DNA from: Candidatus Latescibacterota bacterium
Lineage (GTDB): Bacteria; Latescibacterota; UBA2968; SICM01
Length of the DNA stretch: 64,000 bases
Assembly: GCA_965217865.1 (NCBI GenBank)
Contig: CBDCJO010000002.1
Span: forward strand, 5,408,001-5,472,000
Direction: 5' to 3'
Positions 31,261 to 41,301 of this stretch are shown here, in pieces. Position 1 is the stretch's first letter. The number at the start of each line of letters is the position of its first letter. The notes beneath the pieces are model-generated. The model had not been told where the DNA came from and made no database searches. It worked only from the letters and a program-made list of their open reading frames with translations. The position numbers were made by a program, and so were the translations under genes.

Positions 31261-31341
31261 GAGAATCGAATTGCGGTTGTGAACAAAGGGCAGGGGATTA
31301 GGGGTTGGGGCATCCCCCGCCTTTTTACGATCGAGTAAAGG

Positions 31342-32145
31342 ATGAAACAATATCCATCCCGACGTGCATTGATCACAGGAGGGGCCAGCGGTTTCGGACT
31401 GGGTACGGCCAAGGCCCTCCTGGCACAAGGTGCTCAGGTTGCCATCGCCGACATCGATTCCGAAAGGTTGGAAAAGGCCGCTCGGGGATTGGACGCTAAG
31501 AACCTGCTCACTCTGGATCTGGACGTGACCTCGAAGGCCTCTGTTGAGGCTGCCGTTGACGCGTGCCGCGCCTCATTTGGGGGTCTGGATACCCTGGTCA
31601 ATTCTGCGGGGGTAATCCATTTCGCCCCCCTGGAGCAGATAACGGAGAAGGATTGGGACCGCGTGATCGACGTCGATCTGAAGGGCGTCTTTTTGTGCAG
31701 CCAAGCGGTCGCTCCCCTCCTCCGAAAAAGCGGCCAACGGGGTCGAATCGTCAACATCGGGTCGGACGCTTCGAAGATCGGATGGCCGCAAATCGCCCCA
31801 TACTGCGCTGCGAAGTCTGCGGTTGTTGGCCTGACAAAATCTCTTGCCGGCGAGTTGGCCGCGGACGGGGTCACCGTAAACTGCGTCTGTCCTGTTGGGG
31901 TTTCGACGACCAAAATGGGAGGGGATGTTTTGAAATGGAAGATCGGAACGACAGGCGAGACACCGGAAAAGATCCTGGCTTCCACAGCAGAAGGGATTCC
32001 TCTCAAACGCAATCCCACAGAGGCGGACATCGTCAACGCGATCATGTTCTTCCTTTCAGATGAATCGGCCTTTCTGACCGGTGTCGCTCTCGATGTCGAC
32101 GGTGGTTTCCTCAGCACGGCGTCGAATCCCGGCACGGATGATTAG
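31342..32145 (+). CDS. SDR family oxidoreductase
   Basis: TGGASGFG, VNSAG, YCAAK, VDGG. Confidence 0.95.
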   Translation: MKQYPSRRALITGGASGFGLGTAKALLAQGAQVAIADIDSERLEKAARGLDAKNLLTLDLDVTSKASVEAAVDACRASFGGLDTLVNSAGVIHFAPLEQITEKDWDRVIDVDLKGVFLCSQAVAPLLRKSGQRGRIVNIGSDASKIGWPQIAPYCAAKSAVVGLTKSLAGELAADGVTVNCVCPVGVSTTKMGGDVLKWKIGTTGETPEKILASTAEGIPLKRNPTEADIVNAIMFFLSDESAFLTGVALDVDGGFLSTASNPGTDD

Positions 32146-32212
32146 TGTGCCCGAAGATCGTCCGCTTCGAGGGGTCGTCAACGGAAGAAAGTTTGCATGC
32201 GAGGTTCTCCAG

Positions 32213-33871
32213 ATGATACAGCCTGTCGAACTCAAAAGTATTAAGCCCGAGGAACTGCCCGGCGGCTACACGTCTACTACTGCCGAGGGCTGGCAGATGC
32301 TAAGCGCCTGCCGCGCGGGCGATCTGGGTGCCGTCCGCTCCCTGGTCGAGCGTTGCCATGGTCTGATCCGCTTCGAGCACAACTACACGCCGCCGATCCA
32401 CTTTGCCGTGCGGGAGGGACACGCTCCTCTGGTGCGCTATATACTGGATTGCGGGGCCGATCCGACCTACCGTACCTACCGTTTCAACGACTCATTGCTG
32501 CAGATGGCGCGCGAACGCGGATACAGTGAGATCGCCGCCATGATAGAGGAGGCTCTGGCCAGCCGCTTCCCGCTTTCGGAAGAAGCCAACGCTCTGCTCG
32601 AAGCCGCCGGTGCGGGCGATCTCGACCGATTGCGTCAACTTTTAGACACGGATGCTGAGCTGGCGAGCGCCAGCAACGAGACCGGTGATACTGCGCTGCA
32701 CCTGGCCTGCGCAGGCGGGCATTCTGGCGTCGCGGAATTATTGCTGGATCGCGGCGCGGACCCCGAGGCGGTCCGGAGCGATGGCTTTAAGCCAATACAC
32801 AGTGCCCTGTTCTGGAACCGACAGGGCTACCTGCGCCAGCACAAACCGCCGGTGGACACGTTGCGCGCCGGTCGGCTCGCCGGCCTGCTGTTGGAGCGCG
32901 GCGCAACCTACAATATTTTTCTCGCCGCCGTTTTTGGAGACCTGCCCGCAGTGAAGAAATGGTTGGCGGAAGACTCCGCATTGGCGAATTTTGAGGACAC
33001 GCACCACCGCAGGCCAATCTCCGCCGCCGCCTGGTGGGAGGATATAGACATGGTGCGCCTGTTGCTGGAGCACGGGGCCGATCCCAGCCTGCCCGAGAGC
33101 GAGAGTCCGCGCGGCCACGCCCTGTGGATCGCAGCCTTTCGCAAGAATGTCGAGATGGCCCGGTTGTTGTTGGAACACGGCGCTGACCCCTAGTCCAATG
33201 CCGAATCCGGGGGCCGTGCCTTGCAACACGCCCGCGCTAATCCCGAGTTGTACCAATTACTCATAGATCACGGCTCCGAGCCTCGCGAATCGCCCAGCGA
33301 CCGGCTCCACGACGCTATCCACGACGACGATCTCGAAGCGGCCGAGGCGATCCTCAAGGAGCATCCCGACCTGGCCCCCGACCCCGCGATGTTTTGGGGC
33401 GAAGGCATCCTGGCTCTTCCCGCCAGGGAGATTCAGTGGGGGATGATGGACCTGCTCTTCCGATATGGTGCGAAGGTGCCCGACGTAACTAAGTGGGGTA
33501 TCAGCTACTATTTCAGGCACCTTGACGTTGCCAAGTATATGATGGAGAAAGGCATGAATCCCAATCACATGAACTGGCACCACACCACGCTACTCCACGA
33601 CGCGGCCCATGGCGGCAGCAGCAGCGTCGAGAAGGCGCAATTGCTCCTTGAGTACGGCGCCGATATCGACGCCATCGACGAGGAGTATCGCTCTACGCCG
33701 TTGGGACTGGCAGCCCGTGTGGGACGCCTGGAGCTGGTAAAACTCCTACTAGAACGTGGGGCTAACCCGACTGCGGCCGGGGCGCCGTGGGCCACTCCTT
33801 TAGCTTGGGCAAAGAAGCGCGGGCACCAGGAGATCGTGGCTCTGCTCGAGCGGAGGGGTGGTGGCTCGTAG
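32213..33871 (+). pseudogene. Ankyrin-repeat protein with in-frame TAG at 33191-33193
   Basis: TPPIHFA, TALHLAC, TTLLHDAA, STPLGLAA, TPLAWA repeats; ORFs 32081-33193 and 33221-33871 share a frame. Confidence 0.8.
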
Positions 33872-34064
33872 GGTAAAGAAACCAGATGGTCATGTCCTCC
33901 GAATTGGAGGAGAGACCAAGGAAGATTGAATCTTACCAAGATGACAACATAAGTTGATCGGAACGACTGAGAAAACGAGGGCGCCTTATGTTAATATAGG
34001 GCCTCCTTTTTATAGACGGTTCGTTGGTTTTTCTATAAGGCCACGATTTCATTTAACAAAGCAT

Positions 34065-34892
34065 ATGGGCGATATTAAATTATCGGGTGCAGCGTGGTCC
34101 TTTGTGGGGGCAAGTCTGGTGGAATCAGCGGATATTTGGCGGGCTTTGGGTGTGGATGCTATGGATCTGATCGCCTTACCGGATGGGCTTCTAGACCGGT
34201 TGACTATCGAGAAAGACCCCAAAGGACAGGCGAAGCGCGCCAGGGAACCCGGACTGGCACTCAGCAACTTGCTCTGTATCCTCGGATCTGGATTTGACGA
34301 CAGGCCGGTGAATTCCGCGGACAAAGGTGTCCGCGATCTAAATTTTGAGACGATAAAACGCTTAATTGAGTTTTGCGTATCGGCAGAGATACCGTCGCTC
34401 ATAATATTACCGGGGATCGATCAACTCGGCATCAGTCATGAAGAAGCATTGAAAATCTCCGGAGATACGATGACGGAAATGTCCTTAGTCGCACGGGAAG
34501 CCGGGGTGTTGATTGTCTTCGAACCTCATATCGAATCTGTTTTAGAGAACCCGTTCGAAACATTGACCTTTCTGAAACAGAACTCGGATCTCAAGATTGT
34601 GCTCGATTATTCCCACTTTATCGCCCAAGGATTCAATCCCTCCGATGTGGATCCTCTGGTTCCTTACGCGGGTCACGTCCATCTCCGGCAGGGATCAAAC
34701 AAAAAGCTCCAGGTACGATGGGAAGCGGGAGAGATCGACTTTCGGAATGTGATCGGTCTGCTCAAAAAGACAGGGTACAAGGGATATGCGGCCTTTGAGT
34801 ACGAACACGATCCCGGCTGGATGGAGATGGATAAGGTAGATGTGATGACTGAGACGATCAAGATGCGGGATACGGTCAGACCTTTGCTGTAG
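34065..34892 (+). CDS. Sugar phosphate isomerase/epimerase TIM barrel
   Basis: EPH, LDYSH, HVHLRQ, FEYEH; paralog of 24534-25373. Confidence 0.88.
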   Translation: MGDIKLSGAAWSFVGASLVESADIWRALGVDAMDLIALPDGLLDRLTIEKDPKGQAKRAREPGLALSNLLCILGSGFDDRPVNSADKGVRDLNFETIKRLIEFCVSAEIPSLIILPGIDQLGISHEEALKISGDTMTEMSLVAREAGVLIVFEPHIESVLENPFETLTFLKQNSDLKIVLDYSHFIAQGFNPSDVDPLVPYAGHVHLRQGSNKKLQVRWEAGEIDFRNVIGLLKKTGYKGYAAFEYEHDPGWMEMDKVDVMTETIKMRDTVRPLL

Positions 34893-34971
34893 GGGTCAAG
34901 GGGTGCGAAGCTCCTACACACATCAAGACCTTGGATAATCAGTGTAGGGATGGTTCACGAACAGCCCCTAC
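34889..34971. repeat. Two GTAG-type REP-like palindromes
   Basis: GTAGGGG...CTCCTAC (34889-34917) and GTAGGGATGGTTCACGAACAGCCCCTAC (34944-34971). Confidence 0.65.
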
Positions 34972-34992
34972 GACTAGACCGGAGGACAATGA

Positions 34993-36087
34993 ATGCCGGC
35001 TAAAGCCAGAATCGGGGTGATCGGTACAGGTTGGTGGGCAACTTATGCCCATATCCCGACCTTGAAGGCCAATCCCGATGTTGAACTGGTCGCCATCTCG
35101 GATATACGATCCGAATTGCTCTCCAAAGTGGGGAATCGTTATGAAGTCGGCAAAACTTACACCGACTTTCGGGAGATGCTGTCCAAAGAAGCCCTCGACG
35201 GGGTGGTGATTGCAGTCTGGCACGCCGCCCATTTTGAAGTCGCACGCGCTTGTCTGGAAAAAAACCTTCACCTATTGCTCGAAAAACCGATGGTACTGAA
35301 GGCTTCCCACGCGAAAGAGCTTTGCGACCTGGCTCGAGAACGAAACCGTGAAATCATCGTTGGTTATCCGTATCATTACCTCCCCCAGACATTGCGCTCC
35401 CGCGAAGTCCTGAATTCGGGGAAGTTGGGAGAGATCCACTATATATCCAATGTCTTTTCATCATCGGCTTACGATCTATACCGGGGGATCGATCATTCCG
35501 ACCTTCCGGAGTTGGCTGCCTATTACCCGGTTGCGGGTCCCGGAGACGTCTACCAGGATCCGGAGCGATCCGGAGGAGGCCAGGGTCACCTGCAGGTGAC
35601 CCATTCCGCCGCCCTGATGCTGTTTATCACAGGGTTGAAACCAATCTCGATCCAGGCGCAGATGGACCATATGGATGTGCCGGTAGATGTAGTCGACGCC
35701 TTGATCGCAAGATTGGACAACGGTTCCCTGGCCACGGTCGGCAGCACGGGAGCGACAAAAGGCGGGGATGGGAGGCTCGACATTCAGGTATACTGCAAGG
35801 AGGGATGGATTGAACTGGCCTACTTTCCCGGTACGGGCACCATTCACTTCGGAGATGGATCCGAGGAGGATCTAACGCCCGACCCAGACACACCTGATTT
35901 GAATTATAGGGAAAACCCCGGCTATCCAGCCCATCTCCCGTCCAGGAACCTTGTCGACGTCATCCTTGGCCGTGCGCAAAATGGTTCCCCAAGCGAAATC
36001 AGGTGGCGCACCGTCGAACTCCTGGATGCGGCGTACCGTTCGTTCGCGATCGAAGGCCGCGAGGTTAAGGTCGATACCCTTTATTGA
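34993..36087 (+). CDS. Gfo/Idh/MocA family oxidoreductase
   Basis: IGVIGTG, LLEKPM, SGGG..HLQVTH. Confidence 0.93.
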   Translation: MPAKARIGVIGTGWWATYAHIPTLKANPDVELVAISDIRSELLSKVGNRYEVGKTYTDFREMLSKEALDGVVIAVWHAAHFEVARACLEKNLHLLLEKPMVLKASHAKELCDLARERNREIIVGYPYHYLPQTLRSREVLNSGKLGEIHYISNVFSSSAYDLYRGIDHSDLPELAAYYPVAGPGDVYQDPERSGGGQGHLQVTHSAALMLFITGLKPISIQAQMDHMDVPVDVVDALIARLDNGSLATVGSTGATKGGDGRLDIQVYCKEGWIELAYFPGTGTIHFGDGSEEDLTPDPDTPDLNYRENPGYPAHLPSRNLVDVILGRAQNGSPSEIRWRTVELLDAAYRSFAIEGREVKVDTLY

Positions 36088-36108
36088 CATTTTGCTCCAT
36101 TCCCAACA

Positions 36109-36777
36109 ATGCCCCGCGGTAAACCGATCACTGTCCTCGGTATCGATCTGGCGGGCTCTTCTCGCCGTCCCACCGGCATGTGCGTACTCCAGGGATTGAA
36201 GTCCCGGACCCAGATCGTATACAGCGACCCTGAAGTGCTGGACATGGTGGAAAAATCGCAACCCGAAATCGTACCGATCGATGCTCCGCTAAGCCTCCCT
36301 CCCGGTCGAAAGACGATTCATGACCGCTCAGGGGAACATCTACGGGAATCCGACAGGGAGTTGCTACGACGCCGAATTCGATTTTTTCCGATTACGCTCG
36401 GTCCGATGCGGATGTTGACCGAAAGGGGCCTGATCTTGAAAGAGTCGATCGAGGGAATGGGTTATCGCGCAGTCGAGTGTTTTCCCGGCGGGGCGCAGGA
36501 CGTTTGGGGTATTCCCCGTAAACACCACGACCTGGAGGGATTGCGAACAGGGCTGACACAAATGGGTGTGAAAGGGGTAACGGACGATATGACCAATGAC
36601 GAACTGGACGCCGTTACCGCAGCCCTGGTGGGAAGGTGGTATCTGAAAGGAAGAGGCGAAATCCTTGGGGGTGTGGAGGGTATCGTCATGCCTATCAGAA
36701 GAAGAACCAGGAAGGGAGTTGGAATAATCAGGTTGATAAACTCAGGGAGTCGGAATATCTTAGAGTTGTGCCTTTAA
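36109..36777 (+). CDS. DUF429 family protein (RNase H-like fold)
   Basis: GIDLAG, IDAPLSLP, R.SDRELL, VECFPG, DELDAVTAA. Confidence 0.85.
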   Translation: MPRGKPITVLGIDLAGSSRRPTGMCVLQGLKSRTQIVYSDPEVLDMVEKSQPEIVPIDAPLSLPPGRKTIHDRSGEHLRESDRELLRRRIRFFPITLGPMRMLTERGLILKESIEGMGYRAVECFPGGAQDVWGIPRKHHDLEGLRTGLTQMGVKGVTDDMTNDELDAVTAALVGRWYLKGRGEILGGVEGIVMPIRRRTRKGVGIIRLINSGSRNILELCL

Positions 36778-36895
36778 GTCTCGAGTCCAGAGTTGAATGG
36801 CTGTCGAGGGACTTAGATAAAACCCTGCGCGAAGCGAAGGGTCATTATTGTTTTAGATATCTCTCTGAAAGTGACGTGAACCGCAACCGGAGCTG

Positions 36896-37981
36896 ATGAT
36901 CGTGAAAATCGTTATCCGTGCAGGGGGTATCGGCACGAGACTCTGGCCATACAGTCGGCAAGGGCGTCCCAAGCAATTCCATGCCATGACCGGTGGACGG
37001 ACGATGATCCAGGAGGCGGTGGATCGGATTTTGCCCATCGTCAGCACCGATGATCTCTTCGTCTCCACGGGTTCATCCAGCGCATCCCTGGTCCGAGAAC
37101 AGCTTCCGGACCTTCCGGAGGGCCATCTCATCGTGGAGCCCGCACTTCGAAATACGGGCCCTGCGGTTGGCCTGGAATGCGCTTTGATGGAGACTCGAGA
37201 TCCTGGATGCGTCGTGGCAAGCCTGGGGTCGGACCATCATATCGGAAAGCCTGATGAATTTCGCCGGCTCCTCCAAGCAGCGGAAGCCGCGCTTGAGGAT
37301 ATGCCCGACTATCTCTTTACGATTGGGGTAAAGCCTACTCGAATCGAGACCGGATACGGTCACATCCGAAAGGGTGAAGTCCTCCGATCAGCAAACAACG
37401 AACCGGTTTACATAGTCGATCAGTTCGTCGAAAAACCGGACGAAGAGCGTGCCAGAGTTTATACCGAAAGCGGAGATTATCTCTGGAACAGCAACATGTT
37501 CGTATGGAAGGCCCAAACCGTTTTAAACCTTTTTGCACGCTATGAGATTGAGATCCACTCCATCCTGCAGGATATCATGTCCGCGGTCGGGACCCCCATC
37601 GAAGCAGCTGCCATCGAGCGAGAATATCCCCGCATGAAGTCGATTGCGATCGACAATGCGATCATCGAGCGTGCCGAACGTGTGGCGGTTCTCGAGGGGG
37701 ACATCGATTGGAGCGATATCGGGAGCTGGAGCGCATTGTCGGACGTGTTATCCCTGGATAAGGATGGAAACCTATTATCCGGGGAGATCCTCCAGATCGA
37801 TGCCAAAAAAGTCATTGCCTATGGGAGACAAGACAAGCTCATCGCTCTCGTCGATGTTGAGAATCTGGTCGTTGTAGACACTCCCGATGCCCTGCTAATC
37901 TGCAGGAGGGACCAGGCTCAGAGGGTCCGGGATATCGTCGACAGGCTGAACAAAGATGAGCGCTATAAAGGATATGTTTAA
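36896..37981 (+). CDS. manC: Mannose-1-phosphate guanylyltransferase
   Basis: AGG.GTRLWP.SR...PKQF, EP..RNTGPA, FVEKPD, WSDIGSW. Confidence 0.93.
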   Translation: MIVKIVIRAGGIGTRLWPYSRQGRPKQFHAMTGGRTMIQEAVDRILPIVSTDDLFVSTGSSSASLVREQLPDLPEGHLIVEPALRNTGPAVGLECALMETRDPGCVVASLGSDHHIGKPDEFRRLLQAAEAALEDMPDYLFTIGVKPTRIETGYGHIRKGEVLRSANNEPVYIVDQFVEKPDEERARVYTESGDYLWNSNMFVWKAQTVLNLFARYEIEIHSILQDIMSAVGTPIEAAAIEREYPRMKSIAIDNAIIERAERVAVLEGDIDWSDIGSWSALSDVLSLDKDGNLLSGEILQIDAKKVIAYGRQDKLIALVDVENLVVVDTPDALLICRRDQAQRVRDIVDRLNKDERYKGYV

Positions 37982-38982
37982 TGAGAGAAGCACCTCCCCT
38001 TCCGGACATCCTGCCGATGCGGCCCTACTTCAGGGAGATGATCTGGGGGGGGCGGGCTCTTCAGACCCTTTATGGCAAGAACCTCCCCCCCGAGAAGAAA
38101 ATCGGCGAATCCTTCGAGCTCTCCGCCTATCAGGGACAGGAGAGCTTTGTTTCGGAAGGTCCACTTGCAGGATGGGGAATCCAACAATTGTCAAAGGCGT
38201 TTCAGGGAGATCTGCTTGGGGAGAAAGTCTGGAGGCGCTATCCGGACGACTTTCCGATCCTGATCAAACTGATCGACGCCCGTGAAGATCTTTCCATTCA
38301 GGTACATCCTAACGATCGGTATGCACGTGAGAACGACCTCGGACAACAAGGCAAGAACGAGGCGTGGTATATCCTCCACTCTGACGACGGGCGGGTCGCA
38401 TATGGGCTAAAGGATGGTGTCGAAAGGAACGACTTCGAAGCGGCTATCAGAGAGAGGCGGGTGGAAGAAGTGGTTGGATTCTTTGATGTCAAGCCCGGAG
38501 ATGTGATCATCAACCCGCCCGGGACGGTTCATGCCATTGGGAGGGGTGTGATTTTATATGAGATCCAGCAATCCAGCGACCTAACCTTTCGTATATATGA
38601 TTATGACAGGCCCGGGACAAATGGAAAGCCCAGAGAGTTGCATATCCGGGAAGCCCTAGAGGTCATCACCTTCGGGACCAGGACCTCGGGCCCCACGCAA
38701 TGGAACATGCTTCCCGGCTCGGATCCCGAAAAGACGATCCTCGTGGAAACGGAGGATTTTCGACTGGAGAGACGCTCCCCATCCGAATCGGAGACCCTCC
38801 ACGACTCGGGGGCCTCGTTTGCCATTCTGACGGTGGTTGAAGGTGAAACCGAGGTTCAAGCTCGGACAGGATCTTATTTCGCCAATAAAGGGCAGACCAT
38901 AATGATCCCGGCCGGGCGCAAGTTCACCGTTACCCGAAAGGGTCGGGAAAATCTGGAATATCTCCTGGCAACCCTTCCCTAA
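37981..38982 (+). CDS. manA: Type I phosphomannose isomerase
   Basis: IWGG, FPILIKLIDA..DLSIQVHP, GKNEAWY, GTVHAIG, EIQQSSD.TFRIYDYDR. Confidence 0.93.
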   Translation: MREAPPLPDILPMRPYFREMIWGGRALQTLYGKNLPPEKKIGESFELSAYQGQESFVSEGPLAGWGIQQLSKAFQGDLLGEKVWRRYPDDFPILIKLIDAREDLSIQVHPNDRYARENDLGQQGKNEAWYILHSDDGRVAYGLKDGVERNDFEAAIRERRVEEVVGFFDVKPGDVIINPPGTVHAIGRGVILYEIQQSSDLTFRIYDYDRPGTNGKPRELHIREALEVITFGTRTSGPTQWNMLPGSDPEKTILVETEDFRLERRSPSESETLHDSGASFAILTVVEGETEVQARTGSYFANKGQTIMIPAGRKFTVTRKGRENLEYLLATLP

Positions 38983-38988
38983 AGCCCC

Positions 38989-39699
38989 ATGCCCTCATTC
39001 CTCTTCCGAGGAATCCTTATCCGAGGAATCCTCATCCGATTCTTCCGTCCCCTGATCTTGGCTCTCCTACGACCCCTCCTGAGGCGCCTGGCCCTTCGGG
39101 ATACCTATCTCTTCGGTTGTCGCCTCAGGGTGATTCGAGGGGTCTTTCAGCCAGGACTCTATTTTTCCACGAAGGTTCTGGCCCAGTGCCTTCTGCGCTA
39201 TGATCTCAGGGGAAAAACTCTTTTAGATATGGGGACGGGTTCGGGGGCGCTTGGCATCCTTGCGGCAAATCGTGGTTCTCAAGTTCTGGGCGTGGATGTG
39301 AATCCCTCGGCAGTTGCAGTGGCCAGGATGAATGCCGCGCTCAACCGTGTCGAAGGCCGTTTTGAATGTGTCCAGAGCGATCTGTTTGAAGGGATCGGAG
39401 GGGATAGGCGATTCGATTATATCGTTTTCAATCCGCCATTCTACGTCAAAGTTTGGGAGAACATCGAGGAACGCGCGTGGTTTGGAGGTGAAAATTATCA
39501 GACCCTCAGAATTTTCTTTGGTCAGGCCGGAAGATTCCTTCGGGATTCCGGCAGGATGGTACTCATCCTATCAAGCGAAATGGACCTCTCGACGATTTCC
39601 GGACTCGCCCGGGAGAATGGATGGAGACTCAATCGTGAAATCATCATCCCTCACTTTTTCGAGAAGTTTTTGATTCGGGAGTACGGGACTCGTGAATAA
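38989..39699 (+). CDS. Class I methyltransferase, HemK2/MTS-like
   Basis: LLDMGTGSG, SDLF, NPPF motif. Confidence 0.88.
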   Translation: MPSFLFRGILIRGILIRFFRPLILALLRPLLRRLALRDTYLFGCRLRVIRGVFQPGLYFSTKVLAQCLLRYDLRGKTLLDMGTGSGALGILAANRGSQVLGVDVNPSAVAVARMNAALNRVEGRFECVQSDLFEGIGGDRRFDYIVFNPPFYVKVWENIEERAWFGGENYQTLRIFFGQAGRFLRDSGRMVLILSSEMDLSTISGLARENGWRLNREIIIPHFFEKFLIREYGTRE

Positions 39700-39774
39700 G
39701 GATGATAAAAAGAGGGTTTGGGGTTATGGAGGTAGGGGGTAGTTCTCCTTCCATGCGATCGTACTTCCACCCTT

Positions 39775-41188
39775 TTATTTCGATTTTCCGACCCCTGATA
39801 CCCGGCTTCCGCTCGTGATCCTCATCCCCATTCGACCGATCCGCGCATTGACGAAACCCTTCGCTAAACGGAGATAGCTCTTCCGCTGACTCCGAAGCTG
39901 CTTGTGGACCGTGACCTCCCCCGTCATCCACCTGGCGGCAAACGAGTAGAACCGCTTGGAACGCCGCCCTGAAACCGTTAAATCTCTGTCCGTCCGTTCA
40001 CTCCAATCCTTCTTTGCGACAATTCGGTCTTCAACAGTTGTCGTAGTACTCCGTCCCCTTGATCGGATATGCCAAGGTCGTTAGATACATGTCCGGATCG
40101 GAACGTTTGAGATGATCCACGGTTTCTTCCAGGTCCTCCATCTCCTCTCCTTCATATCCGAGCATGATGAACATTCCGGTCTTGATGCCGTGCTGCTTCA
40201 AGAGAAGTGTCATCGATCTGACTTGCTCAACCGAGACCCGTCGGTCCATTGCATCGAGTACCGCTTGGGACCCGCTCTCGGACCCGATCCATAGCCTGCT
40301 ACAGCCCATCTTGGCGAGGGTCCCGACAACTTTTTCGTTGAGGCGGTCCGCCCGGGAGATACATCCGAAGGGAATTCTTAATCCTCTCTTTTTCAATTCA
40401 TCTGCGTAATCGAATAACCATCGGTAATGGATCGTGAATACATCGTCCGCATACCAGAGCATGTCCGGGCTGTATTCATTCAGGATTTGTTCAACCTCAT
40501 CGGCCACATTTTGAGGCGAACGTCGTCTGTGGGTCTCTCCGAACACCGAACGACTGCACCACGTACAGGTGTAGGGACATCCCCTTGCACAGATTAGCGA
40601 TACCGATCCGATCCCGTGCCGCTTCCTCCAGGCGCAAATATAAGCCTGGATGTCAACTGAGGAGCGGTCCGGAAAAGGTTGTTTGTCGAGGTCGTCCATC
40701 AAAGGTCGGGAAGGGGACATGACGATACGCCCTCCATCATCTTTGAAGGCAAGGCCTCGGATATTGTGCAGGCCAGCAACCCCATTTCCCCGGAGATGCA
40801 CCAGAAGTTCCTCAAGGGTCTCCTCCCCCTCCCCCACCACCACTGCGTCCGCGCCGTGGGTCAGATATTCTTCGGTGTAAAGGGGAGGATCCGGGCCTCC
40901 GACGACAACAAACACACCCAATTCCTGTGCGATCCTTGCAAGAGAAAGGGCGTTCATTTTTGTCATCATATTGCAAGACAGGCCCACCACGGGCGGCCTT
41001 TCTGTCCTCAGAATATTGATGAACTCCTGTCGGTCCCGGAACGTGCCGTCGAATACCCCGGCATCAAATCCCTTACTTTTAAGATATGAGGAGAGATAGA
41101 GAAGTCCTAAGGGCGGATAGGGCTTCATGATCCGCTGTTCTTTCGGATCCTCATTCAGGAAATAAGGGTGGACTAGAAGGATATCCAT
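39775..41188 (-). CDS. Cobalamin-binding radical SAM protein (3 of 4), frameshifted near 40038
   Basis: PYPPLGLLYL, CPYTCTWC, IGSESGSQ; removing one base in GACAACTGTT continues EYYD-TVEDRIVAKKDWSERTDRDL...RFYSFA to TAA at 39775. Confidence 0.9.
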
Positions 41189-41301
41189 GAAATCGAGTAC
41201 CAGGTGCCAGGCCTATGTAAAGGCTCTAACGAATTGAGGGGAGCATCGAAAACGTTTTCTGTTTCCCGATTGAGATGTATACCAGAAGGTTTTGTCAATC
41301 T

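Noticed and set aside
33191-33193. Genome-wide amber recoding
   Set aside because: TAG ends normal genes here (e.g. 9767, 22162, 25373)
38999-39040. 15-bp tandem repeat (FRGILIRGILIR) at the methyltransferase start
   Set aside because: Short in-frame duplication with no evident functional consequence
39918-39922. Second frameshift in radical SAM 3
   Set aside because: Recount shows five C's, keeping the frame to the stop at 39775
40031-40033. TGA after Cys as possible selenocysteine
   Set aside because: The plausible protein continuation is in another frame, so a 1-nt frameshift explains it
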